From the NCBI RefSeq assembly GCF_006345805.1, contig NC_043004.1, forward strand, positions 64,232,001-64,296,000: DNA of 64,000 nt, in the 5' to 3' direction. The position numbers and the translations under genes were made by a program. This DNA comes from Octopus sinensis (Eukaryota). Below the pieces are notes generated by a model, which had not been told where the DNA came from, ran no database searches, and saw only the letters and a list, made by a program, of their open reading frames with translations. Positions 49,741 through 63,819 of the stretch are shown here, in pieces; position 1 is the stretch's first letter; each line of letters begins with the position of its first letter.

Positions 49741-50019
49741 ATTTTTACAGTGGACTCGAGTGACTATGTTTTACACAGACTCTGCTTAAGACTTGATACA
49801 TTACAGGTATCCATGTCTGTGGAATATTCAGCCACATACATGATAATTTAATAAAGAGGTAACTCAGTTGATTAAACACCTGAATGCTCATCAACAAAAC
49901 TGATGAATGATCCTCCAATCACGTGGGTCACCTGTTTGGTTTGAGGTCTAGGTTGGTCATCCTCTTTTTCTTTTTGTATATTAGGGGTTTCATTATCCTA
50001 TGTAGTTAAGTGTGATTTG

Positions 50020-50150
50020 TGGTCATCTTTGCCTTTCATCCTTCTGGGGGTTGATGAATTAAGTGCCAGTGAAACACTGGGGTCAATGTAACCGACTAGC
50101 TCTTTCCCCCAAAATTCCAGGCCTTGTGCCTTTAATAGAAAGGATTGTTA
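50020..50150 (+). mobile_element. Old SINE family B
   Basis: ctttgcctttcatccttctgggggttgatg..ggggtcaatgtaacc. Confidence 0.7.
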
Positions 50151-50403
50151 CACCTTATAATAATGCATGATAATGTTATACCCTTATTATAAGGCATTGT
50201 TTTACCTTATAATAAAAACAATGCTGAAAGACACTTGCTGAAGATGCCAAACAGTGGGGACAGAACCTGAAACCCCTTGGTGCCAAAGGTGAAACTTATT
50301 TAACCACACAACCACACCAAAAGAAAGGGTTAGGGGTGGAGAGGGGTAGGAATGACACCAACACAACAAATTTCGTTTTCCTAGGAAAAAAAGAAGATAC
50401 ATA

Positions 50404-50475
<72 letters not shown>

Positions 50476-50477
<2 letters not shown>

Positions 50478-50860
50478 TCTTTTACTCTTATTTGTTTCAG
50501 TCTGTGGCCATGCTAGAGCACTGCCTTTAGTCGAGCAAATCAACCCCAGGACTTATTCTTTATAAGCCTCGTACTTATTTTATCAGTCTCTTTTGCCGAA
50601 CTGCTAAGTTATAGGACACAAACACACCAACATCAGTTGTCAAGTGATGGGGAGAGGACAAACACAGACACACAAACACACATATATATATATATGTATA
50701 TGATGGGCTTCTTTCAGTTTCCATCTACCAAATCCACTCACAAGACTTTGGTTGGCCCGAGGTTACAGAAGAAGACACTTGCCCGAGGTGCCACACAGTG
50801 GGAAGGAAACCAGAACCATGTGGTTGGTAAGTGAGCTACTACCACACAGCCACTCCCGTA
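50476..50860 (-). mobile_element. SINE family A, full length
   Basis: Reverse complement of the family A consensus. Confidence 0.9.
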
Positions 50861-50976
50861 TCTTAATCCGTAGCTGACTATGCCACCATTTTTAGTTTGA
50901 TGGCTTCCCTCTTCACTTCTTCACTCATAATGCATTTCAGAAGGAACTGACTGTTCTGTGCACAAGTACACACATG

Positions 50977-51012
<36 letters not shown>

Positions 51013-51164
51013 AAGCAACTATACAAAGATTGAATCGAGGATTGTGTCCCCCACGAGCAATGCCTGTTTGGAAAAATAAATGACATTGTTTAAAGACCAT
51101 ACATATCGGTTTACCTCCAGCACTTGTATTTGTAGTATCTGTAGTGGCGTTGTTGTGGTTGTTG

Positions 51165-52264
51165 TTGCTACTGCACATAGTTGGTTACCACTCTGATTTT
51201 TCCTCCTCCCCCACCTGTAGTTACCACCATCACAAGCACTACTTTCGCCATGACCACCACCACCAACATCATATACCGAGTTGTTATTTACCGTCATCTG
51301 GTGTCACATTTAACATCAAACAATCACCACTACCACCACCACCACCACTACGAGCACCTCTACTGCAACACTACCACCATCGTTATTACCAGTACTACTA
51401 CTAGCGATACTATCACCAGCACCATTACTATCAATACACCACCACCAACACTACCACCACCATCACCACCACCACCACCACTACCACCACCACCACACCA
51501 CCACCACCAACACTACCACTACCACCACCACCACCACCACTGACACTGCCACCACCACCAACACTACCCCAACCATTACTAATATTATTAAACTACCACC
51601 ACTACTGCTACTACTACTACTACCATTATAAGCACCAATACCAAGCACTAGTACCAATATCATTATCACCAGAAATTAAAATATCAATATTACCTCTGTG
51701 AAACCACCACCACCACCACCACCACCACCAACCACCACCACCACCACCACCACCACCACCACCACTACTACTACTACAACCTTCTCAACACAGTTATCAC
51801 CCACATCACAATTCCCCTCCCCCACTATAACCACCACCAACAACAACAACCCCATCCGCCCCCATGGCCACCGCCAATAATCCATTATCATTTCCACTAG
51901 AAGCTTCTTACAAAGTGCAGTGTAGCCATTTCCTATTATAATACATTCGTGTGTCAGTGTGTCTGTGTTTGTATATGTGTGTGTGTATATAGGTGTATGT
52001 GTGTGTAGATATGTACATATAGATATGTTTGTACGTGTATACATGTGTGTGTGTGTGTGTGTGCCACATAAATAGATGCATGTGTGCTTATGTGTGTGTA
52101 TGTATATGTGTGAGTGTATATATATATATGAGCATGTGTATGTATATATGTGTGTGTTTGTGTGTGTGTGTGTGTATGTATATGTGTGTCTGTGGTCATG
52201 TGTATATATTTGTTTGTGTGTATGTACATGTGTGTGTGTATTCACCAGACATGTAGATGTGAGA

Positions 52265-52303
<39 letters not shown>

Positions 52304-52391
52304 CACACACACATATGACAAGCACCAAGTGCAAAGTATACACATGACACAGATATGTATGTTATTACTTGGTAGTATTCTCTCTCTCTCC

Positions 52392-52457
<66 letters not shown>

Positions 52458-53429
52458 TCCATTCTTCACTAGTTCTATATCTGATATATATCACACACAC
52501 ACACACACACACATATATGTTTTGTGGGGTGGGGGATGGTTTGTTACATTTCTAGATATATCTTACCATTCCATTGATTTCTTACTCTCCAAGAATACAT
52601 GTTTGTTTGTTATCTGCTCTTGGCTATGGTTTACTTATTGCCATACCATTGATGTCTAGGGTGGTGGTGGTGGTGGTGGTGGTGGTGGTGGTGGTTCTGA
52701 TGATGGCGTCGGTTGGAGACAGAGAATGATGGTGCTCACCGTAATGAAAATGACAATTGTTGTAGAGGTGATAGTACTAGTGGTGGTCATAAAGATAACG
52801 ATGACGCTGGTGGTGGCAGCAGTTTGACGGTAGTGGTGGTTGCGATGTAGATGATGAAGGTAGTGGTGATGGTTGAAGAAGTGATATCGTCAGTGGTAAT
52901 TGTAGTGGTAGTGGTGGTAGTGTAGACATAGTGGAAATTATGGTGATGGTGTTGGTGGTGGGAGTTATAGTTGTTGTGGTTGTAATTGCTTTTGTAATGA
53001 TGATGATAATGGTAGTGGTGGTGGTTATGGAGGTACTGATAGAGATGTTGCTGTTGTAGTATTAATGGTTGGGAGATATTGTCATGGTAATTGTGTGGAA
53101 ACTATCATCACCATTATTATTATCATCACCATTATTATTATTATTATTATTATTATTATCAATACTATTATAAGCAGCAATGGCAGTGGTGGTGGTCGTG
53201 GTGGTAGTGATTCAATGATAAGGTTGGTTCCAAAGTAGTTGTTGTTATTCTTATTGTTGTCTATAGTTGTTGTGATTCAGGTAGCGTGGGGTGAGGGTAT
53301 ATTTTCTATAGTCCTTGTGGTGCTTCCTGAGTGTATAAGTCATTGTTCATTCCGTATACATATATATTGATCTGTGAATTCAAGTGTGTATAGTAGTGTG
53401 CGTGTAATATGTATGAATGTATGTGTGTG

Positions 53430-53476
<47 letters not shown>

Positions 53477-53652
53477 GTGTGAATGTATTTATAAAGTTGG
53501 GTAAATATATACTTGCAAATGTGTGTGCTCATAACATGTGTAGTTGTGTGTGTGTATATATATATATATATATTTGTGTATGCTATTATGTTGTTTTGCA
53601 TATATATACAGTTGTAAACATAGGTACATGTAAATACATATATATGTATATA

Positions 53653-53706
<54 letters not shown>

Positions 53707-53940
53707 TATATATAATATATATATAATATATATATGTATGTATATATACATACATGCATGTACACACATATATACAAACATGTGTGCATTTGTATAGGCA
53801 TATATATGTGCATATATATATACACAGACAACACATATACACAGATATATATATACATGCAAATACACACACATATATACACAGAAACACAAATACACAC
53901 ACATATACATACACACAAACACACACATGCATACACTGTG
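51165..53940. repeat. Compound low-complexity block: ACC/ACT-rich, TG-rich, GGT/GTA-rich, then TA/CA-rich
   Basis: Triplet and dinucleotide simple repeats at 51165-51890, 51950-52260, 52658-53275 and 53340-53940. Confidence 0.9.
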
Positions 53941-53993
53941 TTAAATGTATCATGGTTAAAGGTATTTGTTTGAGGGTAGGTTGTTGGATGGGG

Positions 53994-54028
<35 letters not shown>

Positions 54029-54609
54029 GTGTGTTAGATGATGGCAGAAAGAAATAAAAGGAAAATGTATGTGATGGTTGTGGTGGTGGAGGGGGGGGAG
54101 GTACTGGGTATGTTTCTGTATCAATCAAGCAAGATGCATGAGTAAAAGTAGTCCAGTGGAGCACCGTCTATATTTGAAAAATGGTGTTAAGTGTATTTAA
54201 GTACAAATGGGGAGGTCATGAGATCAAATTGACCGATAGCAGATCGATGGGTGGAGAAGCAAAGGGACCGGGATGTAATGTAGCAATTGGTTTAGTTTAA
54301 TATTGGATAGAGATTGTTTATGGAGATAAATGTAGCAATTATAGAACATCTGGTTGGTGTGGTGGCGCTGGTCGTGGGTTTTAAGACTGCCGATTCCTCT
54401 CACTTGCAATATCTTCAGATTTCTAGTAGAAGGTGATGGGGAGAGATGCAAGAAGAAAAACATATTGGAAAGGTTGTGTGTGGAGAAGAATTGTTGTATT
54501 AATAATCGCCATATAAGAAGGAATCGGAAGAACCAATCTATACTTTTTTTCTTTTTTTCTTGTCCCTTATACCATAATAATAATTGTTTTTAACATAAGC
54601 AAGTAAAAT

Positions 54610-54932
54610 AAAGATTCCCTTTGGTCATGAATGACCACGTGATTGCACCTAAAAAGTACCCCTCTGAGACAGATGTCCAGGCAAGACCAGCAGTGGCCCA
54701 TGCATACCAGCCTCTCCCCTTCACACCACTGATGTTGTCCAAGGGAAAGGCAAAGGGGTCAATACAGTTTGGCACCAGTGATGTCACAACTTATTTCTGC
54801 AGCTGAGTGAATTGGAACAATGTGAAATAAAGTGTCTTGCTCAAGAGTACAACACACAACCCAGTCCGGGAATCAAACTCACTTCCTCATGATTATGAGT
54901 GCAATGCTCTAACCACTGAACCATGCACCTTC
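54610..54932 (-). mobile_element. SINE family C, full length
   Basis: Reverse complement of aaggtgcatggttcagtggttagagc..cttgagcaagacactttatttcac. Confidence 0.85.
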
Positions 54933-55370
54933 ACAACATAAGCAGGTACAACCACCAGAAATTTGGACGAACAATTATAAAATCAATTCAATTTAATTGT
55001 TTTATACAAACAAATGACACATCTCACAAATTACAGTTGGCTATATTGCTTTTACAAACTGCAGACAGCAGTTAGGTGAGGGTTTGTTCTCTTGATAGCT
55101 AGGGCAATCTTAGATCTATAAAGTTCCTTTATCAGCTCTCCTGTATTAGGAGGATTGTATGAGCCATGTAATATATATAATAAATATATATATATATATA
55201 TATATATACATACACATAGAATTACCCATTGGAAGAATTCACGGAGTGACTAACAACTAATTGTATTCACAGACATTAGATACTGGTCGTTGTGGTTAGC
55301 CGTTAAGTGGAACTTAAATGAGAGCTAATACGGTATCTGCCAGGATAATATATCATTCCAAACTCACATA

Positions 55371-55421
<51 letters not shown>

Positions 55422-55774
55422 TCTCTCTCCCCTACTACACACTTTTATATACCTAGTCAAAACAAACCAATAATACAATAAATGTTTACCAAACTCTCGT
55501 GCCCCATGCTGTTTTATTAATAAACTAAAATAAAAATTCAAGAAATTATTATTATTTGGTGTTTTCATTGAATTTCAATGAAGAATAATTCACCATCATT
55601 GCAGCAACATTATCTGGGTTTTTTTTCTCCTTTGGATAGTATTTTCTTTTTATTAATTTTTTCATGTTAGTAAGTACAGAATGCTTCTCTATTGTTGCCT
55701 CTTACTTGTATTGTAAATCATAATTCTTGTTATGTCTCATAAATCATATGACATCTCATTTTGTCTTTCCTTGT

Positions 55775-56375
55775 GTGGCCTGGTTGAGTGGTAAGAAGTT
55801 CCTTTACAACCACATGATTCTGTGTTCAATCCCATTGCATGGCAGCCTGGGCAAGTGTTTTGTACTACAGCTACTATAGCCCCAGGCTGATCAAAACCTT
55901 GTGAGTGGATCTAGTAGAAGGAAACTGAAAGAAGCTCTTTGTGTACATGTGCATGTTTGTATATGTACGTATACATAGAGATATACATACATGTATATGT
56001 ATGTATACGTGTTTATCAATGTGTGCATGTGTTTGTCTATTTGACCATTGCTTGACAACCAGTATTGGTTTGTTTACATCCCCTGTAACTAAGCAGTTTG
56101 GGGAAAAAAGGGGCCAATAGAATAAGCACAAGACTTAAAAATAAAAAAAATATGTACTGGGGTCAATTTTTTCAATAAATCCCTTCAAAGTATTGCTCCA
56201 GAATGGCCACAGTCCAACAACTGAAACAAGTAAAAGGTGTGTATGAGTGTGCAGACATAGATGTGTGGTTAAAAAGTTCACTCAACAACCACATTGCTTC
56301 AGGTTCAGTCCCATGGCACAGCACCTTGGGCAATTCTCTTCTACTACAGCCTCAAACCAACTAATTCCTTTCTTG
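55775..56375 (+). mobile_element. SINE family A (to about 56235) plus a second 5' fragment
   Basis: Family A head, body and tail, then a repeated head at about 56255. Confidence 0.8.
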
Positions 56376-56579
56376 TAAATTTTGTACTGACAATCGTTAG
56401 GGAGTGATGTAGTCTTGGATGTGCTCTCTACCCCTATTTTAAAAACAGACATTCTGGTTCTGCCATGACCTTTTTTTTACCATATTTCTGTTGAAATATT
56501 CTGCCTTTTGTTTCAATTAATTTTGAAATTAACGAAGAATTTAATTAAATAATTTTGTCATTATTAAGCTGGTGCTTAG

Positions 56580-56790
56580 GGTGGTGAGCAGGTAGAATCA
56601 TTGGCATGCCAGGCAAAATGCCTGGCAGCAGTTTGTCCAGTCTCACATTGTAAGTTTGAATTCTGCCACGGTCAACTTTGCTTTTCATCTTTTTGGGGTT
56701 AATGAAATAAGGACCAGTTACACACTGGGATCAATATAATCGGCTGGTCCCCACCCCCAAAATTTCTGTGCCTACAACAGAAAGAGTTAT
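56580..56790 (+). mobile_element. Old SINE family B
   Basis: gagcaggtagaatcattggcatgccaggcaaaatg..gaattctgccacggtcaactttgcttttcatc. Confidence 0.75.
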
Positions 56791-56871
56791 TAGACTGGTG
56801 TTTTTAGCTTGTATCATAGGATCAAGGGTGGTCCCAGGTGGGTTGCTATTGAAAGGGTCAAGGAATCATTT

Positions 56872-57290
56872 CTTTTATTCTTTTACTTGTTTCACTCATT
56901 TGACTGTGGCCATGTTGGAGCCCTGCCTCAAAGGGTTTTAGTCAAACAAATGAACCCCAGGACTTATTTTTGTAAAGCCTAGTACATATTCTATCAGTCA
57001 AGTTTGCTGAATCACTAAGTTAAAAGGACGTAAACACACCAACACCAGTCATCAAGTGGTGATGGGAGGACAAACACAGATGCAAAGGCACACACACAAA
57101 TAAATACACACACACACACACACACACATACATATGATGGGCTTCTTTCAGTTTCCATCTACCAAATCTCCTTACAAGACTTTGGTCAGCCCGAAGCTAT
57201 AGTAGAAGACACTTGCCCAAGGGGCTATGCAGTGGAACTGAACCCAGAACCATGTGGTTGTTCACAACCACATGGCTTCTTACCACACTA
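56872..57290 (-). mobile_element. SINE family A, full length
   Basis: Reverse complement of the family A consensus. Confidence 0.9.
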
Positions 57291-57330
57291 CTATATGACT
57301 ATAAGCCACTGTAAGTCTATAAGATAACCA

Positions 57331-57501
57331 ATTTCTTTATTACCCACAAGGGGCTAAACATAGAGGGGACAAACATGGACAGACATAGGTATTAAGTCGA
57401 TTATATCGACCCCAGTGCGTAACTGGTACTTAATTTATCGACCCCGAAAGGATGAAAGGCAAAGTTGACCTCAGCGGTATTCGAAATCACAACGTAACGG
57501 C
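57331..57501 (-). mobile_element. 5'-truncated SINE family B with 17-bp TSD
   Basis: TSD agtctataagataacca at 57314-57330 and 57502-57518. Confidence 0.9.
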
Positions 57502-58404
57502 AGTCTATAAGATAACCAAAGAGAGGAAATGTAATAATCCTTCAATTGAGTTTTCTTTGTGTGAAACAAACATAAAGAATCTTAATTATCTACAAGAAAG
57601 AATACAAGCACTACCAATCCTCATATGTGAGATTAGAGGACTTAGCAATTCCTTGAAAATCTACAATAATCCATTCCTATTTGCTCTTCTTATTTTTCCC
57701 CCTTTGTCTCTTTTTCCGCTCCTTCCTCCTCCAGAATTATCTCAATGACTCAAAGCTGTTGAACTCGTTAGCAGATAGCGAAACATATTCGAATTCCTGA
57801 CATAAATATCCTTGTGATTTGACATTTAGCAGGTCAGCTGATGAACTGTAAAAACTTCTTTTGGTTGGAAGTGTACCAAGAACCAGGTCAATATGTCTCT
57901 TGTTTCCAATTCTATATTAACAGATGGAATTGCTGAGCAATGCTGGCAGCTTCGACTTGTGCCAAAACATGGTGCGAACTAAATTGAAATCTATGAGAAA
58001 CAAAGAAAAATCATTTCAAATATTCATCACGGTCGTCTTGTCAGCTTATTACACACATCCTGTGTGGATGTGCGCGTGTGTGCGTGTATACAGATTCATA
58101 TACATGTCTTTTAGTCCGTATCTCCCCTCCACTATGCTTCTACTTTTCTCTCTATCTTTCTGTTTCTTTGTTTTGTTTTTTTTTGGCCCCTCTCTCTGCT
58201 CATCTTTGTGTATGTGTGTGCACACACACACTCATACACACACTCATACACACGTGCTTGAAGTTGATGTTTTTAAAACAAATTAAAAACAGCTGATAAC
58301 ACACTACTTTAAAAATAGGATTCACCATTTCAGTAGAACCGTGAGCTCTAATTAGTATTTTAGTCTAATACATACATACATACATATACACACAGAAGAG
58401 TATA

Positions 58405-58467
<63 letters not shown>

Positions 58468-58655
58468 TAATATATATATATATATACATACATACATACA
58501 TACATACATAAAACACACAGAAAAGTGTGTGTATATATAAAAATATATATATATACACATTATACATACATACACACACACAGAAAAGTGTGTATATATA
58601 AAAATATATATAATAATAATACCCTATACATACATACCAAAAGAGTGAGTATATA

Positions 58656-58693
<38 letters not shown>

Positions 58694-58695
58694 GT

Positions 58696-58870
58696 GAAGG
58701 CGCATGGCTCAATGTTTAGAGCATAGAGCTTACAATCGTGAGGTTGTGAGTTCGATTCCCGGACCGGACCGGCTGGGTGTTGTGTTCTTGAGCAAGACAC
58801 TTGATTTCACGTTGCTTCAGTTCACTCAGCTGTAGAACTGAGTTGTGACGTCTCTGGTGCCAAGCTGTAT
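58696..58870 (+). mobile_element. SINE family C, 5' half
   Basis: gaaggcgcatggctcaatgtttagagc..gagttcgattcccggacc..gagcaagacac. Confidence 0.85.
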
Positions 58871-59233
58871 TAAGGGCTATTACTAAAGTAAACGCCTCAC
58901 CTGCTGTAATGGACTCCAAAGTCAAACTTCAGAGTCCCAGTACAGCACGAAGCATTTATTTTACCTTATTATGAGGAATCTATTTGTATTTAAGGAAAAT
59001 ATATACTTTGTATTAATTTTTGCTTATTGGCCACTTGTCATAAATTGATAGAGACCACAGGGGCATGCACATGCTTGCTTTTGATATAGCCCTAGGCACA
59101 TTATTCCTAAGAAGGAAGAAAAAACCAGTGTGGACATGATTAGAATCCCTTTCATCATAGTTCTGTTGGAGCAAGGATTAACACTTGGGGCTAAACCACA
59201 AGAACACCAGCAACAATATCAATAACATGACTC

Positions 59234-59264
<31 letters not shown>

Positions 59265-59407
59265 TTGTGTGAATATGTGTGTGTATATATATATGTGTGT
59301 GTGTGTATAGTGTTGTATTATATATATTACGTGTGTGTGTATGTATGTATGTTTGTGTATATGCGTGTGTGTGTGTTTATATGTGTGTGTATATATAATA
59401 TATATAT

Positions 59408-59793
59408 AGGCGCAGGAGTGGCTGTGTGATAAGTAGCTTGCTTACCAACCACATGGTTGCACTTTGGGCAAATGTCTTCTACTATAGCCTCGGGCCGACC
59501 AAAGTCTTGTGAGTAAATTTGGTAGACGGAAACTGAAAAGAAGCCCGTCGTATACATGTATATGTATATAATATGTGTGTGTGTTTGTGTTCTGTATTTG
59601 TCCCACCCCCCTCCCCACAACATCGCTTGACAACCAATGCTGGTGTGTTTACGACCCTGTAATCTAGCGGTTCGGCAAAAGAGACCGATAGAATAAGTAC
59701 TAGGCTTACAAAGAATAAGTCCTGGGGTTGATTTTCTCGACTGAAGGCGGTGATCCAGCATGGCCGCAGTAAAATGATTGGAACAAGTAAAAG
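59408..59793 (+). mobile_element. SINE family A, near full length
   Basis: ggcgcaggagtggctgtgtgataagtagc through ggaacaagtaaaag. Confidence 0.9.
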
Positions 59794-60306
59794 CATACAT
59801 ACATATACATATATATGTTTGCAGGCATAATATGGTTCTGATAAACATGTTTGTTACTTGTGAGCGACATGTACGGGAACACAAGTTCAATATGTACCCA
59901 AAGTCGGAGATACATAACCAGCTATGTCCCATTGATGTTTCAAACAACACACAATACGCTAATGGCTACTCGTGTGTACGTGTGTGTGTGTGTGTGTGTT
60001 TGGTCTGGTGATGTTGGAGGAGAATGATTGATGTCAGTGTGTCAACACATGCTGATGGCTTTATACAAACGGAAGCTCTTAAGAGTAGTCGCTATTGATT
60101 TGTCTCTCGTGCTATAACACACACACACACACATATGCACGTAGATATGAACACACATATACATGTACATAGATATATGAAAGAGAGACCTATAAGTGTA
60201 TGTGCATACACACATAAATATATGTGTATAGATGTGTAAGATATATATATATATATACATGCACACATATATATATAGGTGTTTGTGTATTGGTGTGTGT
60301 GTGTGT

Positions 60307-60338
<32 letters not shown>

Positions 60339-60382
60339 CGAATTTTCCATGCTGGCGATAAACATAGGATAATTCATTCACC

Positions 60383-60427
<45 letters not shown>

Positions 60428-60892
60428 TAATATATATATATATTCCAAATAAGGAGACAAAGGAAGAGCTTAGCACATCTTTAATGACCCTTTACAATTG
60501 TTTCAGTACCTCTGTTTTAACATCCATGCACTCAAAAGTTCCTTGAGAAAAGTAACATAATATTTGCAGTTTTATACATTAGGGTGGCACTTCAACAAAC
60601 TTGCATCAAAAGGATGCACTCTTATGTGGTCATTGTTTACTTTGAAGTTTTAGTGATATTCACTGTTTTTGAGTATTGATTATAAATATTAGTTTGACTC
60701 TGCCTTTGGAATTGAGTCCTTTAGTGCACCTGAAAATACAAACTTATAAAAGAGCTGAGTATCATACAATGATGAAGATGACATACCGTTCTAATAGTTC
60801 ATGTATGTTTGTGTGGAGAAAAAAATATACACGTATACATATATATATGTATATATATATATGTGTGTGTGTATATATATATACATATATCA

Positions 60893-61072
60893 TCATCATC
60901 ATCATTTAACGTCCATTTTCCATGTTAGCATGGGTTGGATGGTTCAACCAGGCTCCAGTCTGATCTGGCAGGGTTTCTACAGCTGGATGCCCTTCCTAAC
61001 ATCAACGACCCCGTGAGTGTAGTGGATGCTTTTTACATGCCACCGGCAAAGGGGCCAGAGGAGGCTGGCGAT
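60893..61072 (-). mobile_element. Family E retroposon 3' end
   Basis: catcatcatttaacgtccattttccatg..ggatgcccttcctaac..catgccaccggc. Confidence 0.85.
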
Positions 61073-61095
61073 CTATATACATACACACACATACA

Positions 61096-61176
<81 letters not shown>

Positions 61177-61210
61177 ATACAAATTAGTAAATAAATGGCA
61201 CAACTAAGTA

Positions 61211-61247
<37 letters not shown>

Positions 61248-61357
61248 CTGTTTTTGCATTTCTTTCTGTCCACAAAAATATTGGGAGTGATTATATATGT
61301 GCATGTGCTGTATACATACTTGCTATATAAAAGACTTATTGTATGAACACGTGTGTG

Positions 61358-61456
<99 letters not shown>

Positions 61457-61457
61457 A

Positions 61458-61500
<43 letters not shown>

Positions 61501-61580
61501 TCTTAGATTTGAACTATGACTTTTTAAAGCATTTTCAATACTGATAGAAGTGAAACATTTGGCTGTCTGTCACAAATTAT

Positions 61581-61643
<63 letters not shown>

Positions 61644-61927
61644 TCATACACACATACAGCTAATGTTTATACACATTTGTTTATATATTTCTGTGTCCAT
61701 AGATCTTTGTGTTGTCTGTTGCATATGTATAAATAGACAAACGTGTGTGTGTGTATGTGTAAATATGTATAAATATAAAATGCGAGTGTTATGAGAGAAA
61801 TAAGACAGAAATGTAGACAATACATTTACTAATGAAGAAAAATATTTGAATAGTTCTGTCCTTGATTATCTGATTTTTTCTCCCCTGACACCATTGTTAA
61901 AAAAAAAAACATTTTTCTTTTTCTTAG

Positions 61928-62029
61928 ATGCACCAATTTTTTGGCACATATCTATCTTCCTGCTGCTGCTACTACTACTACTAGCAATAATATTGTCTTG
62001 TCTTTGTAAGACAGGACAAGTCGGGTGCA
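61928..62029 (+). CDS. Candidate exon encoding a transmembrane segment (DAPIFWHISIFLLLLLLLLAIILSCLCKTGQVGC)
   Basis: Acceptor tttttctttttcttag|, donor GCA|GTAAGT, 102 nt, phase 1-1, open frame; part of the poly-Leu comes from a CTG/CTA triplet repeat. Confidence 0.4.
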
Positions 62030-62140
62030 GTAAGTACTGCTAGCTAACATAGTTTTTGGCAATTATACAATGTCTTCATTGACTATGATGCTAAGATGCG
62101 GCTACTGTATGAACTTTTGACATTTGAACAAAGGAATCAG

Positions 62141-62230
62141 GTGTAAAAAGAGGAGGACAAAGCACAGGTGAAAGCGATGATGGCCCACATGTAATTGTGA
62201 CATGTGAAAACAAGGATGAAGCACTTTCAG
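62141..62230 (+). CDS. Possible next exon (SVKRGGQSTGESDDGPHVIVTCENKDEALS)
   Basis: 90 nt, phase 1-1, joins in frame to the previous candidate; donor CAG|GTACTA good, acceptor weak. Confidence 0.2.
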
Positions 62231-62239
62231 GTACTATAA

Positions 62240-62690
62240 ACAAGGTATCGTGGTTAAAAACCTTGCTTCGCAACCGTCCCGTCTCTGGTTCAATCCCACT
62301 GTGCAGCACCCAGAGCAGGTGCTTTCTGTAGTAACCCTGGGCTGACCTTGTGAGTGTGAAGGTGCATGGCTCGGTGGTTAGAGCATCAGGCTCACAATCA
62401 TGATGTAGTGAGTTCAATTCCCTGACCGGGTGGTATGTTGTGTCCTTGAGCAAGACACTTTATTTCACTTTGCTCCAGGTCACTCATCTATAGAAATAAG
62501 TTGTGACATCACTGGAGCCAAGTTGCATCAGTCTTTGTCTTTCCCTGGGATAACATCGGTGTTGTAGAGGCTGATATGCATGGCTAACTGCTGGTCTTCT
62601 ATAAACAACATTTCCCAGACTTGTGCCGTGGAGCATAACTTTCTAGGTGCAATCACATGCCCATTCATGACAGAGAGGGCTCTTTACTAA
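62240..62690 (+). mobile_element. SINE A 5' fragment (to 62356) followed by a SINE family C copy (62358-62690)
   Basis: Family heads and bodies as described above. Confidence 0.85.
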
Positions 62691-62799
62691 TTTTTAGTGT
62701 GTATACACACACACACGTGTTTACCCATTTGTGTGTATTTCTATATATCCTTCTCTTGATATCGAGATGTGAATTTTCCAGTTTTCCATGGAGGAAATA

Positions 62800-62920
62800 T
62801 TATCAAGCTTGGAAACAGTTTAGGGTTAGCAACAGGAAAGGCATCCAGCTGCGAAAAATCTGCCTCAATAAATTGTGTTTGACATGTGCAAGAATGGAAA
62901 GATGACAGTTAAATGATGAT
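62800..62920 (+). mobile_element. Family E tail fragment
   Basis: gggttagcaacaggaaaggcatccagctgcg..ttaaatgatg. Confidence 0.7.
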
Positions 62921-63344
62921 AATTATATGAGTGAATGCATGAACGTTGCCAGAGTAAATGGCAGGATTTGACGCTTGTAAAAGTAAAAATGAAGCAGATG
63001 GGAAAGCAAGAACTGCAGGATGCAAATGGGATGATTTCTATTCTATGTCTTCTTTTTTCACAGCTAATAAGTATTTTCAAGTTGACACTCTGAGCTGCAT
63101 TAGGAATTGAACCTTGGGACCTTTAATAAATTAGGTCTGGATGTTCTGATTAACCATTGGCCCATTGTCTTGCAGTGAGGAAATAACGTTACCATGGTTG
63201 ATGTGTTATTCAATTGTTCATTTCCATTTGTTGCACCTTTACCACCATCATCAGTACCATCTTCATTACCACCACATACTCACTCGATAAGGGATCCTTC
63301 CTAGGTTCAATATTTGGTACCACATTAGCTCTCCATGTCTCAAT

Positions 63345-63572
63345 AGGAATGCCACCTTGGCTCAGAAAAGGAAATGTCTCCTTGGCTCAAAAAAAGGATA
63401 TGTCTCTTTGGCTCAAAAGAAGGATGTCTCCTTGACTCAAAAAAAGGAAATGTCCCCTTGGCTCAAAAAAAGGATATGTCTCTTTGGCTCAAAAAAAAAA
63501 GGGAATGTCCCATTGGCTTAAAAAAGGAACGCATCCTTGACTAAAAAAAAAAGGGAATGTCTCCTTGGCTCA
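63345..63572. repeat. ~25-bp minisatellite, about 9 units, with variable A-run
   Basis: ccttggctcaaaaaaaggaaatgtct and variants. Confidence 0.9.
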
Positions 63573-63770
63573 GCAGTGGTTCTATTCGTTTCAACAGTGT
63601 CTCCTTTTGTGGCTCAACAGAACCACCATCCATGATAAGCATACACCAAACTACCAGTTGTTTACTTCAAATATTTCAAACCAGCAAAAATATTTGACAT
63701 ACATAGTTAACATCATAACAACTGGTTTGGAAATAGAAACTTAAAACAGAATTATTGTCAATAGTATGTG

Positions 63771-63819
<49 letters not shown>

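Noticed and set aside
57847-57864. CKNFFW, identical to six residues of somatostatin-14
   Set aside because: No KTFTSC continuation, no dibasic cleavage site and no precursor context; a chance hexapeptide
63160-63305. Pro/Ser-rich (+) or Gly/Asp-rich (-) exon candidates
   Set aside because: Low-complexity triplet sequence; the strong splice sites do not match the open frames
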